DNA of 56,739 nt from an uncultured Bacteroidales bacterium (GCA_964399175.1 CAYNPZ010000001.1:1-56739); one strand, 5' to 3'. Counted from the stretch's first letter, positions 46,894 to 56,739 are shown. The notes: generated by a model not told the origin, from the sequence alone. Program-made: numbers and translations.

Positions 46894-48525
46894 ATGAAAC
46901 CATTCAAATTATTTTTCGCAGCTTTTCTGTTATTCTTATTTATAATCCCTTCAACCGGCTTTTCCTATACCGGACAAGTCGTTAAGCAACATCAAACACC
47001 GGGGAAAATTCCGACTGGAATGGCTTATGACGGGGAGTATATATGGCTGGCCGACCGAAAAGCCAAACAATTGTTTGCCATCGATCCCGAAACCGGTAAA
47101 ACCGTTAAAAAGATCGGTACACCCGGGTACTGGCCGATGGGTCTGGCCTGGGATGGCAATGCTCTGTGGAATGTGGATGTAAAAGGTGGCATTCCCCTGT
47201 CTGAAAATTATGACGGTGTAGTATACCGGCTGAATCCTGAAGACGGCACCGTGATGCATACCGTAAGCGCCCCGACAAACAGCCCCCGGGGGCTTGCCTG
47301 GGACGGGAAATATCTCTGGTGTGTAGACAATGATGAGGATAAGATCATTCAGTTCAATCCCAGTGACGGCACCACCATAAAATCATTCAAAGCGCCGGCC
47401 AACGATCCCAGAGGCCTCACATACGACGGAAAATACCTCTGGATTTCCGACAGAATAAACAATGAAATTTATATGGTATCGCCTGAGAACGGTTCGGTGA
47501 TTATCATTGCGCAGGCACCGGAAGAATTTACCCGGGGACTTGCCTTTTTCGGAGAGAACCTTTGGGCTGCAGATTCCCAGAGCGATGCAATGTATCAGCT
47601 CAAAGTGGACGACGGAACAAAATACAGGAGAACCCAGGCCCATAAAGCCACAGTGACTTATACCCATCAGATCACCAATTTCGGGCCGGGCGATGTGAAA
47701 GAGGCCGATATCCATGTGGCCATACCCAAAGATCGTCCCAACCAGGAAATCAAGGGAGAAATCTCCTACTCCCCGGAATATACCGATGTGGTTAGCGATC
47801 AGTGGGATCAGCAAACGGCTCATCTGCATAAAGAAGATATCGGCCCCAATGAAACGGTTAGATTCGAAATGAAAGTGGATGCCACACTTTATGATGTGCG
47901 TTATTTCATATATCCCGATAAAGTAGGCAGCCTGAAGGAAATTCCCCAGGATATCAAAAATAAATATCTGGCCAATAACGAGAAATATCAATACAACCAT
48001 CCCACCATCAAAAAAGCAGTGAAAGAAGCTCTGGGTGAGAGTGATAATCCATACTGGATGGCCAGGGATATTTTTAATTACCTGATCGATAACATGTACT
48101 ATGAAATGGTGGGCGGATGGAATACAGCGCCCACGGTAATTGAGAGGGGCAACGGCTCATGCTCGGAGTACACCTTTGCTTTCATCTCTATGTGCCGTTC
48201 GGTAGGCATACCTGCAAGATATGTCGGATCGGTAGTGATCAGGGGAGACGAAGCCAGCCTGGATGATGTGTACCACCGGTGGGTGGAAATATATCTTCCC
48301 AATTATGGCTGGGTTCCCATTGACCCAGAAGGTGGTGACGATGAGCTTCCCAGAAACCAGGCCAATGCCATCGGTCACCTTTCCCCGCGTTTCCTGATCA
48401 CTACACAGAGCAGTGGCGGATCGGAAACCATGAAATGGACCTACAATTCAAACGATTCCTGGGTTACCGAGCCGAAAACTTATGTTGTTTCCGATCATTT
48501 TGCCGACTGGCAACCACGGGAATAA
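46894..48525 (+). CDS. secreted beta-propeller + transglutaminase-like domain protein
   Basis: I prefer the internal ATG (MKPFKLFFAAFLLFLF, a signal peptide). Five repeats of the form G(L/M)A(W/Y)DG..LW. Transglutaminase core Cys/His/Asp (GSCSEY, YHRWVEIY, VPIDP). Confidence 0.8.
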   Translation: MKPFKLFFAAFLLFLFIIPSTGFSYTGQVVKQHQTPGKIPTGMAYDGEYIWLADRKAKQLFAIDPETGKTVKKIGTPGYWPMGLAWDGNALWNVDVKGGIPLSENYDGVVYRLNPEDGTVMHTVSAPTNSPRGLAWDGKYLWCVDNDEDKIIQFNPSDGTTIKSFKAPANDPRGLTYDGKYLWISDRINNEIYMVSPENGSVIIIAQAPEEFTRGLAFFGENLWAADSQSDAMYQLKVDDGTKYRRTQAHKATVTYTHQITNFGPGDVKEADIHVAIPKDRPNQEIKGEISYSPEYTDVVSDQWDQQTAHLHKEDIGPNETVRFEMKVDATLYDVRYFIYPDKVGSLKEIPQDIKNKYLANNEKYQYNHPTIKKAVKEALGESDNPYWMARDIFNYLIDNMYYEMVGGWNTAPTVIERGNGSCSEYTFAFISMCRSVGIPARYVGSVVIRGDEASLDDVYHRWVEIYLPNYGWVPIDPEGGDDELPRNQANAIGHLSPRFLITTQSSGGSETMKWTYNSNDSWVTEPKTYVVSDHFADWQPRE

Positions 48526-48536
48526 AATAAACAACT

Positions 48537-48568
48537 TACCGGTTCCGGTTGTTTTACCGGAACCGGTA
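48537..48568 (+). terminator. intrinsic terminator after the transglutaminase gene
   Basis: A perfect 13-bp stem, TACCGGTTCCGGT / ACCGGAACCGGTA, with a 6-nt loop, followed by an AT-rich tract. Confidence 0.6.
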
Positions 48569-48590
48569 TTCAATAATAATTTTAGTGGAT

Positions 48591-49289
48591 ATGGACGAAG
48601 AAGCACTGGAAAAGAAAAAATTTTTCTACAGCCTTATATTCCCGGGGTCATTTGTGATCCTTTTATGGCTGATTAAACTAACGGAGCTCGCGCTTGAAGT
48701 GAGGTTTTCCAATCTTGGGGTTTATCCCCTGGAAACGGATGGACTGGTAGGCATCGTTATGGGGCCATTGATTCATGGAGACCTTCAGCATTTGCTTGCC
48801 AATTCCATTCCCCTGGTAATCCTCGGCATGGGCCTGTTTTATTTTTATGATACGATAGCGCTCAGGGTATTCCTTTTCATTTATTTTCTTTCCGGCATTA
48901 TGCTCTGGTTTGGTGGCCGTGAGGCATATCACATCGGGGCAAGCGGACTGATTTACGGGCTGGCCGCCTTTCTTTTCCTTAGCGGGATCATCCGCAAACA
49001 CGTTCGGTTAATGGCCTTATCCCTGTTGGTTGCATTTCTCTACGGGGGGATGATATGGGGATTGTTGCCCCTGCGCGAACAAGTATCGTGGGAAGGCCAC
49101 CTTTTTGGAGCCATTGCCGGCGTGGCCATGGCATTCTATTATAAGGACATGGGCCCCCAAAGGAAAAAGTACGACTGGGAGATCGAGGAGGAGATGGAAG
49201 AGAAGAATATGGATTATTACGACTGGCAGATTGAGCAATATCTGAAGGAAAAGGAAAGAAGAGGAAAGCGGCGGCCCCCCAAGGAATAG
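48591..49289 (+). CDS. rhomboid family protein (third copy in the window)
   Basis: I prefer the ATG at 48591, after the terminator hairpin. Motifs HGDLQHLLANS, GASGLIYG and GHLFGAIAG. Acidic/basic C-terminal tail. Confidence 0.8.
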   Translation: MDEEALEKKKFFYSLIFPGSFVILLWLIKLTELALEVRFSNLGVYPLETDGLVGIVMGPLIHGDLQHLLANSIPLVILGMGLFYFYDTIALRVFLFIYFLSGIMLWFGGREAYHIGASGLIYGLAAFLFLSGIIRKHVRLMALSLLVAFLYGGMIWGLLPLREQVSWEGHLFGAIAGVAMAFYYKDMGPQRKKYDWEIEEEMEEKNMDYYDWQIEQYLKEKERRGKRRPPKE

Positions 49290-49419
49290 AGTACCTGCCT
49301 GCCCTGTTGTTAAAAAATAAGTTCCATCCCACCCTAAATAAAACAAATGAGTAGTGGTATTTTTCCCACAAATTTCATAATTTTAAAATCGTTTATAACC
49401 ATGCTTACCACCCACATAC

Positions 49420-50115
49420 ATGGAATACAGGAACAAACTGAACATCAAGGATTGGGCTGTAGAAGATCAGCCAAGGGAAAAACTGATTAAAAAAGGCGTC
49501 AACGCACTTTCTGATGCGGAAATTCTGGCCACCCTGATAGGTTCCGGCAGCACAACCGAAACTGCAGTAGAGCTGACCAAGCGTATACTCAAGGACGTGG
49601 ATCACAACCTGAACGAGCTCGGCAAATTAACTATCCATGATCTTCAAAAGTATAAAGGGATAGGGCAGGCCAAAGCCATTGCCATTGCCGCAGCCCTGGA
49701 ACTGGGCAAAAGGAGAAAGCTTGCCGAAATTGTCAACAAGAAACAGATCAAATCCAGCCAGGACGTTTATGAACGATTTCAGCCCAGACTAGTGGATCTT
49801 CCGCATGAAGAATTCTGGGTGATATACCTGAACCGTTCCAACCGGATCATCGATGAACAGAAGATCAGCCAGGGAGGAGTTACGGGAACAGTTACAGATG
49901 TTAAGATCATCCTTAAACAAGCCATTGAAAAACTGGCTACCGGCATGATCCTTTGCCACAATCATCCTTCAGGCAATATACGGCCGAGCAAAGCCGATTC
50001 CAATATCACCCAAAAGCTCAAAAATGCCTCGGCCTATCTCGATATACAGGTGCTGGATCATGTTATTGTGGGGCAAAATGTTTATTATAGTTACGCCGAC
50101 GAGGGAATATTATGA
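49420..50115 (+). CDS. radC: RadC-family JAB-domain protein (UPF0758)
   Basis: 231 aa. HhH-like N-terminal region (LSDAEILATLIGSG, GIGQAKA) and the HNHPSG JAMM-like motif. Confidence 0.88.
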   Translation: MEYRNKLNIKDWAVEDQPREKLIKKGVNALSDAEILATLIGSGSTTETAVELTKRILKDVDHNLNELGKLTIHDLQKYKGIGQAKAIAIAAALELGKRRKLAEIVNKKQIKSSQDVYERFQPRLVDLPHEEFWVIYLNRSNRIIDEQKISQGGVTGTVTDVKIILKQAIEKLATGMILCHNHPSGNIRPSKADSNITQKLKNASAYLDIQVLDHVIVGQNVYYSYADEGIL

Positions 50116-51050
50116 AGCAGACAAAACAGCCGGATGGTTTACGACATTTAAAGAATCATGAGATCAACTTCATCAAATGGGACAATTGCATCAACAATGC
50201 CCATAATGGCATCATTTATGCCTTTTCATGGTATCTGGACATACTCTGTGATGATTGGGAAGCCATTATACAAGATGATTACCAGGCTGTGATGCCGCTT
50301 CTTATAAAAAAGAAATCGGGCATTAAACATGTTTATAACACCATTCTGGCCAATCAGCTGGGAGTTTTCTCCACGGAGATCATGGATGAAGATTTGACCA
50401 ATACTTTCCTGAAAAAAGTGAATCAAACCTATAAAGTTTTCAGCGTTAACCTGAACAAGTTCAACAGGATCGATCCCGCACTTTTCCGGCAGAAAAAAAA
50501 CAATACCTACGAGTTTGACCTGATCAGCAATTATAATCTCATACGGGGCGCTTATTCAGATGCCGTTTACGACAATATTGAAAAAGCGAAAAGTAAAATG
50601 GTGAATATCCTCCGTGGGCTAACAGCGGGTGAGTTCATGGATTTTATTGATTACCGATCGGTTATGATATCGGGACGGCGGAAAAAGGAAACAGTGAAAA
50701 AGCTGGGGCAGATCATCGCCTTTGTTATCAACCACGGGCTGGGTGACATATATGCAGCTTTTTCGGAGGAGAATCATTTGTGCGCCGCTGTGTTTTTCCT
50801 GAAGTCGAAGAGAAAGGCGACTTTGCTTTATTCAGGGATTACCCGGGAAGGCATCAGATTAAACGCCATGGAGCTGCTCATCGACCGGTTTGTCCAGAAT
50901 AATGCAGAGAAAAACATTACCCTTAGCTTCGAGAATCTTGTTGTCCCGGACAGGAAGAAATTTTTCTCCGGGTTTGGTGCCGGCAACTATCATTTTACTA
51001 CCGTAAAAAGTCCCGGAAATCCATTGCGGATTCGGAAATGGTTGTCATAG
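50112..51050 (+). CDS. hypothetical protein, possibly a GNAT/FemAB-like fold
   Basis: 312 aa. Overlaps radC by 4 nt (ATGA). The family assignment is only an impression from the sequence pattern. Confidence 0.5.
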   Translation: MKQTKQPDGLRHLKNHEINFIKWDNCINNAHNGIIYAFSWYLDILCDDWEAIIQDDYQAVMPLLIKKKSGIKHVYNTILANQLGVFSTEIMDEDLTNTFLKKVNQTYKVFSVNLNKFNRIDPALFRQKKNNTYEFDLISNYNLIRGAYSDAVYDNIEKAKSKMVNILRGLTAGEFMDFIDYRSVMISGRRKKETVKKLGQIIAFVINHGLGDIYAAFSEENHLCAAVFFLKSKRKATLLYSGITREGIRLNAMELLIDRFVQNNAEKNITLSFENLVVPDRKKFFSGFGAGNYHFTTVKSPGNPLRIRKWLS

Positions 51051-51214
51051 GTAACGCCATCTTGTTGAATGCTTTAAGAAAGCTATCGCTATAGCCGTTT
51101 ATATGAAAGCAAAAAATATGAACCTAACCATCGAGGTGAAGGATTAATCGCCGAAATTTCTTAGCTTTATTGCCGATTCATTTTAAATTGCCTTTATCTG
51201 ATCTCTCACTGTTT

Positions 51215-51258
51215 AATGCTCCCGGCATTCATCAGATTTATATCTTGCCGGGAGCATT
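51215..51258. other. 13-bp perfect inverted repeat in an intergenic region
   Basis: AATGCTCCCGGCA (51215..51227) pairs with TGCCGGGAGCATT (51246..51258) across an 18-nt loop. No T-run follows. Confidence 0.5.
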
Positions 51259-51337
51259 GGCTTATTCCACCCAATTCTTTGGATTTATAATTAATTCCGA
51301 TTAATTTTAATGATTCAAATACTAAATTTTTCGGATC

Positions 51338-52249
51338 ATGAAAACCAACCGCCGAACTTTCCTGAAATCCGCTTCATTTTTGCCACTATTGGCTGTTCCA
51401 CGAAGTCTGAGAGCTGAGAATCCACTTTTTAACCGAGTGGATAAGCCGAAGCTCAAGCTCAGCCTGAATGCTTATTCTTTCAACCGACTGCTTCAGAATG
51501 GAGAGATGGACCTGTTCCAACTCCTGGATTTTTGTGCACAACACAACCTGGATGCCGTGGACCCGACCGGTTATTATTTCCCGGGATATCCTGAAGTGCC
51601 AAAAGATGAATACATCAACCGTTTCAAAAGGCAGGCCTTTCTGATGGGCCTGGACATCAGCGGCACCGGTGTGAGGAATGATTTTTCCAATCCGGATGCC
51701 GCTGAACGGGAAAAGGACCTTAAGCATATAAAAGAATGGATTGAGGTAGCTTCAAAGATGGGGGCACCGCTCATCCGCCTTTTTGCAGGCAGAGGCCAGC
51801 CCGATGGATACAGCCAGGCAGATGTTAATGAGTGGGTAGTGGATGGTCTGACCCGGGCTGCAGACTATGGAAAAAAATACGGGGTAATGATCGCCATGCA
51901 AAACCACAGCGATTTTATCAAAACCTCCGATCACATCATCGAAATTATGGAAACTGCCAATCACGACTGGCTGGGGCTTCACCTCGACATTGGGAGCCTG
52001 CGCCAGGGCAATCCTTATGAGGAAATCAAAAAAGTGGTGCCTTATGCCATTACCTGGCAGATTAAAGAACTGGTGTATTTTGACGGAAAGCCCCGGGAAA
52101 CAAACCTGAAAAAGGTATTCCAGATTGCCGCTGATGCCGGTTACCGTGGTTACCTTCCGCTGGAAACACTGGGCGAAGGGGATCCCTACAAAAAGGTGGA
52201 AAAATTAATCGCCCGGGCCAGAAGCGCCCTTGCAACTGTTGAATTTTAA
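51338..52249 (+). CDS. Tat-signal sugar phosphate isomerase/epimerase (xylose-isomerase-like TIM barrel)
   Basis: 303 aa. Twin-arginine signal NRRTFLKSASF and TIM-barrel family pattern (IRLFAG, IAMQNH, LPLE). Confidence 0.82.
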   Translation: MKTNRRTFLKSASFLPLLAVPRSLRAENPLFNRVDKPKLKLSLNAYSFNRLLQNGEMDLFQLLDFCAQHNLDAVDPTGYYFPGYPEVPKDEYINRFKRQAFLMGLDISGTGVRNDFSNPDAAEREKDLKHIKEWIEVASKMGAPLIRLFAGRGQPDGYSQADVNEWVVDGLTRAADYGKKYGVMIAMQNHSDFIKTSDHIIEIMETANHDWLGLHLDIGSLRQGNPYEEIKKVVPYAITWQIKELVYFDGKPRETNLKKVFQIAADAGYRGYLPLETLGEGDPYKKVEKLIARARSALATVEF

Positions 52250-52261
52250 AAGAACTGAATT

Positions 52262-53011
52262 ATGAAATCACTGATCACGGGAATACTGTTTGTATTTATA
52301 GCAGCCATAGGATTTGCTCAGCAAAATGACCCAATGAACGGATTGATCTTAACCGGCAAACATCACCCGGGACACAACTGGAAAAAGACAACGCCGGTCA
52401 TTCGATCGACCCTGGAAAAAGGCAACATGAACGTGGATGTGTCAAAGGATATCGAAGATCTTGCCCGGCTGGATCTCAGCCGGTATGATTTTATGGTGTT
52501 GAACTACAACAACTGGGATGATCCCGAAGGACTGAGCGATGCCTCCAAAAAAAACTTTACGACTTATCTTAAAGACGGTGGTGGATTGCTGATCATCCAC
52601 TTTGCCAATGGTGCCTGGCACAAATCCCTGCCTGAAGCAGGCGAATCCGATTGGCCGGAATTCCGCAAAATCTGCCGGAGGGTATGGGATCATGACGGAC
52701 CCAGCGCCCATGATGCCTATGGAAAATTCACAGTAGAGGTCACCGATGTGGAGCATGAGATCACCGAGGGCATATCGGATTTTCAAACTACGGACGAACT
52801 GTATTACAACCAGGTGGGCGATGAACCGGTGGGTGAACCCTTGTTAGTGGCTAAATCGGAAGATACCGGCAAAAAGGAGCCGCAGGCATGGACCTACCGG
52901 TACGGTACAGGAAAAATATTCCAAATTCTTTTGGGTCACGATGCAGAATCCCTGTCGGTGCCAGAAGTACAGCAAATATTGAGAAACGCGGCACAGTGGG
53001 CAGGTAAATAG
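52262..53011 (+). CDS. ThuA-domain protein
   Basis: 249 aa. Signal peptide and ThuA-like pattern (DFMVLNYNNW, GGLLIIHFANGAW, ELYYN). Confidence 0.75.
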   Translation: MKSLITGILFVFIAAIGFAQQNDPMNGLILTGKHHPGHNWKKTTPVIRSTLEKGNMNVDVSKDIEDLARLDLSRYDFMVLNYNNWDDPEGLSDASKKNFTTYLKDGGGLLIIHFANGAWHKSLPEAGESDWPEFRKICRRVWDHDGPSAHDAYGKFTVEVTDVEHEITEGISDFQTTDELYYNQVGDEPVGEPLLVAKSEDTGKKEPQAWTYRYGTGKIFQILLGHDAESLSVPEVQQILRNAAQWAGK

Positions 53012-53040
53012 CTATTTTCTTCTTATAAATCAAATAAATT

Positions 53041-54834
53041 ATGAAATCAACCATCCATCTTTTCCTTTTCACACTGGTCACTTCTCTTTTTCTTTCGCTT
53101 TCATCAAAAGCTGAAGAAGAGAGAAAAAAGCCCAATGTAATCCTGGTCATAACAGACGATCAGGGTTACGGAGATCTGGCCTGCCACGGCAATCCCATCA
53201 TTGAAACGCCAAACATGGATGAATTATACGAAGAGAGCGTAAGGCTCACGGATTTTCATGTAGCACCCACCTGTGCTCCCACAAGGGCAGGACTTTTAAG
53301 TGGTGCCCATAAAAACCGGGCCGGGGCCTGGCATACCATTGGAGGCTGTAGCCTGCTTCGTGAAAGATTTATCAGCATGCCTGAAGTATTTGACAGAAAC
53401 GGATATAAAACCGGCATGTTTGGCAAATGGCACCTTGGAGACGCCTATCCCTATCTCCCCCATCACCGGGGCTTTGATGAAGCAGTATATCACGGAGGCG
53501 GCGGCGTAGGACAAACCCCCGATTACTGGAACAACGACTATTTCGATGACCATTACTTCCGAAACGGAACGCCCGAAAAATTCGAGGGCTACTGTACCGA
53601 TGTCTTCTTCGAAGAGGCTTTACACTTCATAGACGAAAACCGGGGAAAGCCCTTCTTCGTATACCTTTCCACCAACGCGCCCCATAGTCCGTTAAATGTG
53701 GGTAAGCAATATTACAACCGGTACAGGAATGAAGAGAGGCTCAGCGAACAGGAAAAGGCCTTCTATGGCATGATTACCAATATCGATGACAACCTGGGAT
53801 TGCTGGAACAAAAGCTGGAAGCATGGAATCTACGCAAAAATACAATATTGATTTTCATGACCGATAACGGCACTGCATACGGAGCAGACATATTCAATGC
53901 CGGCATGCGGGGGAACAAAGGTTCCCAGTATGAAGGCGGGCACCGGGTACCCTTTTTCATCCGGTGGGAACAAACCGGCATTAACGGCGGACGGGATGTT
54001 GAAGCCCTCAGCTCCCATACCGATGTGCTTCCAACACTGATCGATTTATGCAACCTTACCCCTGTGGACGGCCCTGCCTATGACGGGAGAAGTCTCAAGC
54101 CGCTACTAACAGGGAAAACCAAATCATGGCCCGATGAGCGGACAGTAATCATCGATCAAAACCGTAAACAACATCCTGAGAAATGGCACATGAACAGTGT
54201 AATGACAGACCAGTGGCGGCTGATCGACGGCAAAGAGCTGTATAACATACAAAAAGATCCGGGACAGAAGCATGACATAGCCTCAGAACATCCGGAAGTT
54301 GTCAGGCAACTGCGTGCCGAATATCAACGGTGGTGGGATTACGTGTCTGCTGATTTCGGAAAATATGAAGCCTATAAAATTGGTTTCCCGGGCCATGAAG
54401 AAGTCACGCTTACCTGCCATGACCTTCATACACCGGGTATAGTAGCCTGGAATCACTCACAAATCAGACAACCCGGAAACAACAACCTTTTAAAGGGTTA
54501 CTTTATGATTGATGTGTATGAAAGCGGAACTTACAAAATATCGCTCCGGCGCTGGCCCGGAGAATCAGGTTTGGCATTTGATGAGGCTCCCGGGCAATTG
54601 GGAGAAGATCAACCATGGTATGAGGCCAAACCTGAAGGAACTGTTATCAATCTGGAAAGAGCAGCTATTGAAGTGGAAGGCTTACACCTGGAAAAACCGG
54701 TGGATATGTCTGCCGAAGAGGTAACCTTCCAGGCAAAATTATCCGGTGGACGGCAACAGTTCAAACCTTATTTTATCACTGAAGACAATGAGGAGTTTGG
54801 AGCATTTTATGTGGATATCAAAGCTATAGACTAG
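53041..54834 (+). CDS. arylsulfatase (formylglycine-dependent sulfatase family)
   Basis: 597 aa. Signal peptide, NVILVITDDQGYGD, the CAPTRAGLLSG C-x-P-x-R motif, and GKWHLG. Confidence 0.92.
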   Translation: MKSTIHLFLFTLVTSLFLSLSSKAEEERKKPNVILVITDDQGYGDLACHGNPIIETPNMDELYEESVRLTDFHVAPTCAPTRAGLLSGAHKNRAGAWHTIGGCSLLRERFISMPEVFDRNGYKTGMFGKWHLGDAYPYLPHHRGFDEAVYHGGGGVGQTPDYWNNDYFDDHYFRNGTPEKFEGYCTDVFFEEALHFIDENRGKPFFVYLSTNAPHSPLNVGKQYYNRYRNEERLSEQEKAFYGMITNIDDNLGLLEQKLEAWNLRKNTILIFMTDNGTAYGADIFNAGMRGNKGSQYEGGHRVPFFIRWEQTGINGGRDVEALSSHTDVLPTLIDLCNLTPVDGPAYDGRSLKPLLTGKTKSWPDERTVIIDQNRKQHPEKWHMNSVMTDQWRLIDGKELYNIQKDPGQKHDIASEHPEVVRQLRAEYQRWWDYVSADFGKYEAYKIGFPGHEEVTLTCHDLHTPGIVAWNHSQIRQPGNNNLLKGYFMIDVYESGTYKISLRRWPGESGLAFDEAPGQLGEDQPWYEAKPEGTVINLERAAIEVEGLHLEKPVDMSAEEVTFQAKLSGGRQQFKPYFITEDNEEFGAFYVDIKAID

Positions 54835-55079
54835 AACTTGCTTAATTGAATTGATATATTCGGTCAATTATCAAAAAACAAGTACCCCGCCTGCGGGCGG
54901 GCAGGCTAAAAACAAACAATTTCAAAACTTATCCGGCTTTTTGAAGGATCACAAATTCAAATGATCGAAACATGAAAATAAATTATTATTCTAGAGTTCA
55001 TATGCCACCCGAAAAGTTTAAAATTTCGGTCATTGGATATTATTTGTTATTTGGTACTTTCACAGTTAATCCAATTATT

Positions 55080-56739
55080 ATGCGGAATAAAAATTTAATT
55101 TCTTTTACTACTTTATTGATCATAACAATGTTGGGTTGCACCTCTGAAGAAAAGCAACCGGTAGATTATGTGAATCCCTATATTGGCAACATCAGTCATT
55201 TGCTGGTGCCTACCTATCCTACGGTACATTTACCGAACAGTTTCCTGCGGGTATATCCCAACCGGGAAAGTTACACCGATGTGTCGATGGAGGGATTCCC
55301 CCTGATCATAGTAAATCACCGGGGCAATCCGGCATTTCACCTGAGCCCTTTCCAGGGGAGCGAAAAAAATATTGAGCCTGTGATGTCTTATAGTTACGAC
55401 AACGAAGAGATTACGCCTTATTCCTGGGCTGTTTACCTGGATGAACAGCAAACACAGGTTAATTTTGGCACATCGCATCAGTCTGCCATGTATCAGGTTG
55501 ACTTCAATGGTGATAAAGAGTCCTGGATTATCCTGACCGTCCAAAACGGGAGTCTGGAATGGGACGGAAAGGCCATTACAGGATACAAACCAGTAGGGAA
55601 CAATACGCGAACCCATGTACATCTGCTCCCTGAACAATCTCCTCAAAACGTTTTTGTGCTGGAAGGTGATAATCTAATCAATCAACAGCAGGCCAAGGGG
55701 AAAAACGCCTTTCTCGTGCTGAAATACCCTGATAATACCTCTACCGTCAATTTGCGGTATGGCATTTCCTTCATTGATGAAACCCAAGCCAAAAACAACA
55801 TGGAAAGAGAAGTTGCCGGGAAGGATATGGGTACGCTGCATGCCGAAGGACGAAAGATCTGGAACGATGCCCTTGGCAAAATTGAGGTGGAAAGGGGCAG
55901 CGAGGATGACAAAACGATATTTTACACAGCTTTGTACCGTACCTATGAGCGGCCTGTTTCCATCTCAGAGGATGGCCGTTATTTCAGTGCTTTTGATGGC
56001 CAGGTGCACGATGACAATGGCACGCCTTTCTACACGGACGACTGGATCTGGGATTCCTATCGCGCCCATCATCCTTTGAACATCATGATCAATGCCGAAA
56101 GAGAAAAGTACATACTCCGCTCGTTCATCCGCATGGCCGAACAGATGGATCATTTCTGGGCTCCTATCTTTCCGGGCATCAACGGGAACCGGGCGGTTAT
56201 GAACTCCAACCACATCGTGGGAACTTTTCTGGATGCTTACCGGAAAGGTTTGAAAAATTTCAACCTGGATAAAGCCTATCAATCCGGCAAAAATGCCATC
56301 ACACAACAGACGCTGGCACCCTGGTCGGCAGATACAGCAGGCTATCTGAATGAATTTTACCAGGAGCAAGGATACATTCCTGCTTTGCACCCGGGCGAGG
56401 AAGAAACCGTGCCGCAGGTAGATGATTTTGAAAGTCGCCAGGCCGTTGCCGTAACATTGGGAACCGCATACGACGAATGGTGTCTGGCGCAGATGGCCAA
56501 AGAGCGGGGAAAAGAAGAAGAATATCAGGAATTTGTCGACGGGGCACATAATTACCGCAATCTCTTCCACCCCGAAACACATTTCTTTCATCCCAAAGAT
56601 AAGGAAGGCAATTTTATACAGCCGTTTGATTACAAATTTTCCGGTGGCATGGGCGCCCGTGACTATTATGATGAAAACAATGGCTGGACCTACCGTTGGG
56701 ATGTTGTTCATAACATAGCCGACCTAATTGATCTGATGG
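55080..56739 (+). CDS. glycoside hydrolase family 92 (alpha-mannosidase-like) lipoprotein, 3'-truncated by the window end
   Basis: I translated this frame by hand from 55080 to the window end and found no stop. It is absent from the ORF track because it has no stop codon. Lipobox LLIITMLGC; GH92-like motifs VNPYIG, IFYTALYR, WIWDSYRAHHPL, NGWTYRWDVVHNIADLIDLM. In-frame ATGs also occur at 54972 and 55002. Confidence 0.8.
   Translation, partial: MRNKNLISFTTLLIITMLGCTSEEKQPVDYVNPYIGNISHLLVPTYPTVHLPNSFLRVYPNRESYTDVSMEGFPLIIVNHRGNPAFHLSPFQGSEKNIEPVMSYSYDNEEITPYSWAVYLDEQQTQVNFGTSHQSAMYQVDFNGDKESWIILTVQNGSLEWDGKAITGYKPVGNNTRTHVHLLPEQSPQNVFVLEGDNLINQQQAKGKNAFLVLKYPDNTSTVNLRYGISFIDETQAKNNMEREVAGKDMGTLHAEGRKIWNDALGKIEVERGSEDDKTIFYTALYRTYERPVSISEDGRYFSAFDGQVHDDNGTPFYTDDWIWDSYRAHHPLNIMINAEREKYILRSFIRMAEQMDHFWAPIFPGINGNRAVMNSNHIVGTFLDAYRKGLKNFNLDKAYQSGKNAITQQTLAPWSADTAGYLNEFYQEQGYIPALHPGEEETVPQVDDFESRQAVAVTLGTAYDEWCLAQMAKERGKEEEYQEFVDGAHNYRNLFHPETHFFHPKDKEGNFIQPFDYKFSGGMGARDYYDENNGWTYRWDVVHNIADLIDLM

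Noticed and set aside
54972-55079. Upstream in-frame ATGs extending the GH92 ORF
   Set aside because: They are possible. The ATG at 55080, however, gives a standard lipoprotein signal (MRNKNLISFTTLLIITMLGC), whereas the extension would bury that signal 36 residues in.
55965-56711. 248-aa minus-strand ORF at the right edge
   Set aside because: It is antisense to the long open plus frame that carries clear GH92 motifs.
1-56739. Search for defence islands, mobile elements, toxin-antitoxin pairs, reverse transcriptases, tRNA or rRNA genes
   Set aside because: I recognised no integrase, transposase, RT, nuclease-helicase pair or cas-like gene, and no tRNA-like cloverleaf. The window reads as core chromosome. 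Absence is judged by eye only and should be confirmed with tRNAscan-SE, Infernal and DefenseFinder/PADLOC.

Overview
This is a 56.7-kb chromosomal segment that looks like a Bacteroidota genome. The evidence is T9SS/gliding genes (gldH, a sprE/porW-like lipoprotein, porX), a T9SS type-B-like cargo protein, TonB, TAnnTTTG -7 boxes upstream of many transcription units, and almost no Shine-Dalgarno sequences. I can support about 48 protein-coding genes, and most are housekeeping. In window order they are: ferritin; a DUF4492-cydA-cydB cytochrome bd operon; rnhB; pgk; holB followed by a PSP1/RicT-like gene and gldH; trmB; an ATL-type alkyltransferase-like protein; Mrp/ApbC and a NifU-like protein; the SprE/PorW-like lipoprotein, porX and tsaE; an AlaDH-family enzyme; tonB; GT2 and GT9 glycosyltransferases with dapD; a PLP dehydratase; an EEP-family protein; two tandem rhomboids downstream of mutL; a TetR-TolC-MFP-RND efflux operon; lpxK; a purine nucleoside phosphorylase; a 1240-aa lamin-tail-domain surface protein; asd; a PAS histidine kinase; hflX; a transglutaminase-domain protein; a third rhomboid; radC; and a carbohydrate/sulfatase cluster (Tat-signal TIM-barrel isomerase, ThuA, arylsulfatase, and a GH92 gene that runs off the window end and is missing from the ORF track). 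By eye I saw no rRNA, tRNA, CRISPR array, transposase, integrase or recognisable defence genes. I did not find a convincing new multi-gene system. The most unusual element is an array of about 12 tandem 21-bp units (38791..39096) in the convergent gap between the PNP gene and the lamin-tail gene. It is stop-free in four of six frames and its coding status is unresolved. Secondary observations are: an unlisted 42-aa single-TM ORF right after cydB; repeat-rich non-coding DNA around the ferritin locus (GTTGGCA heptamers and CCCGC/GCGGG hairpins); canonical SD sequences on only ferritin and pgk; an ATL protein with PAHRV in place of PCHRV; a truncated duplicate of the tonB 5' end; and an RND pump with an extra hydrophobic insertion. 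All calls rest on reading motifs by eye; no database search was run.
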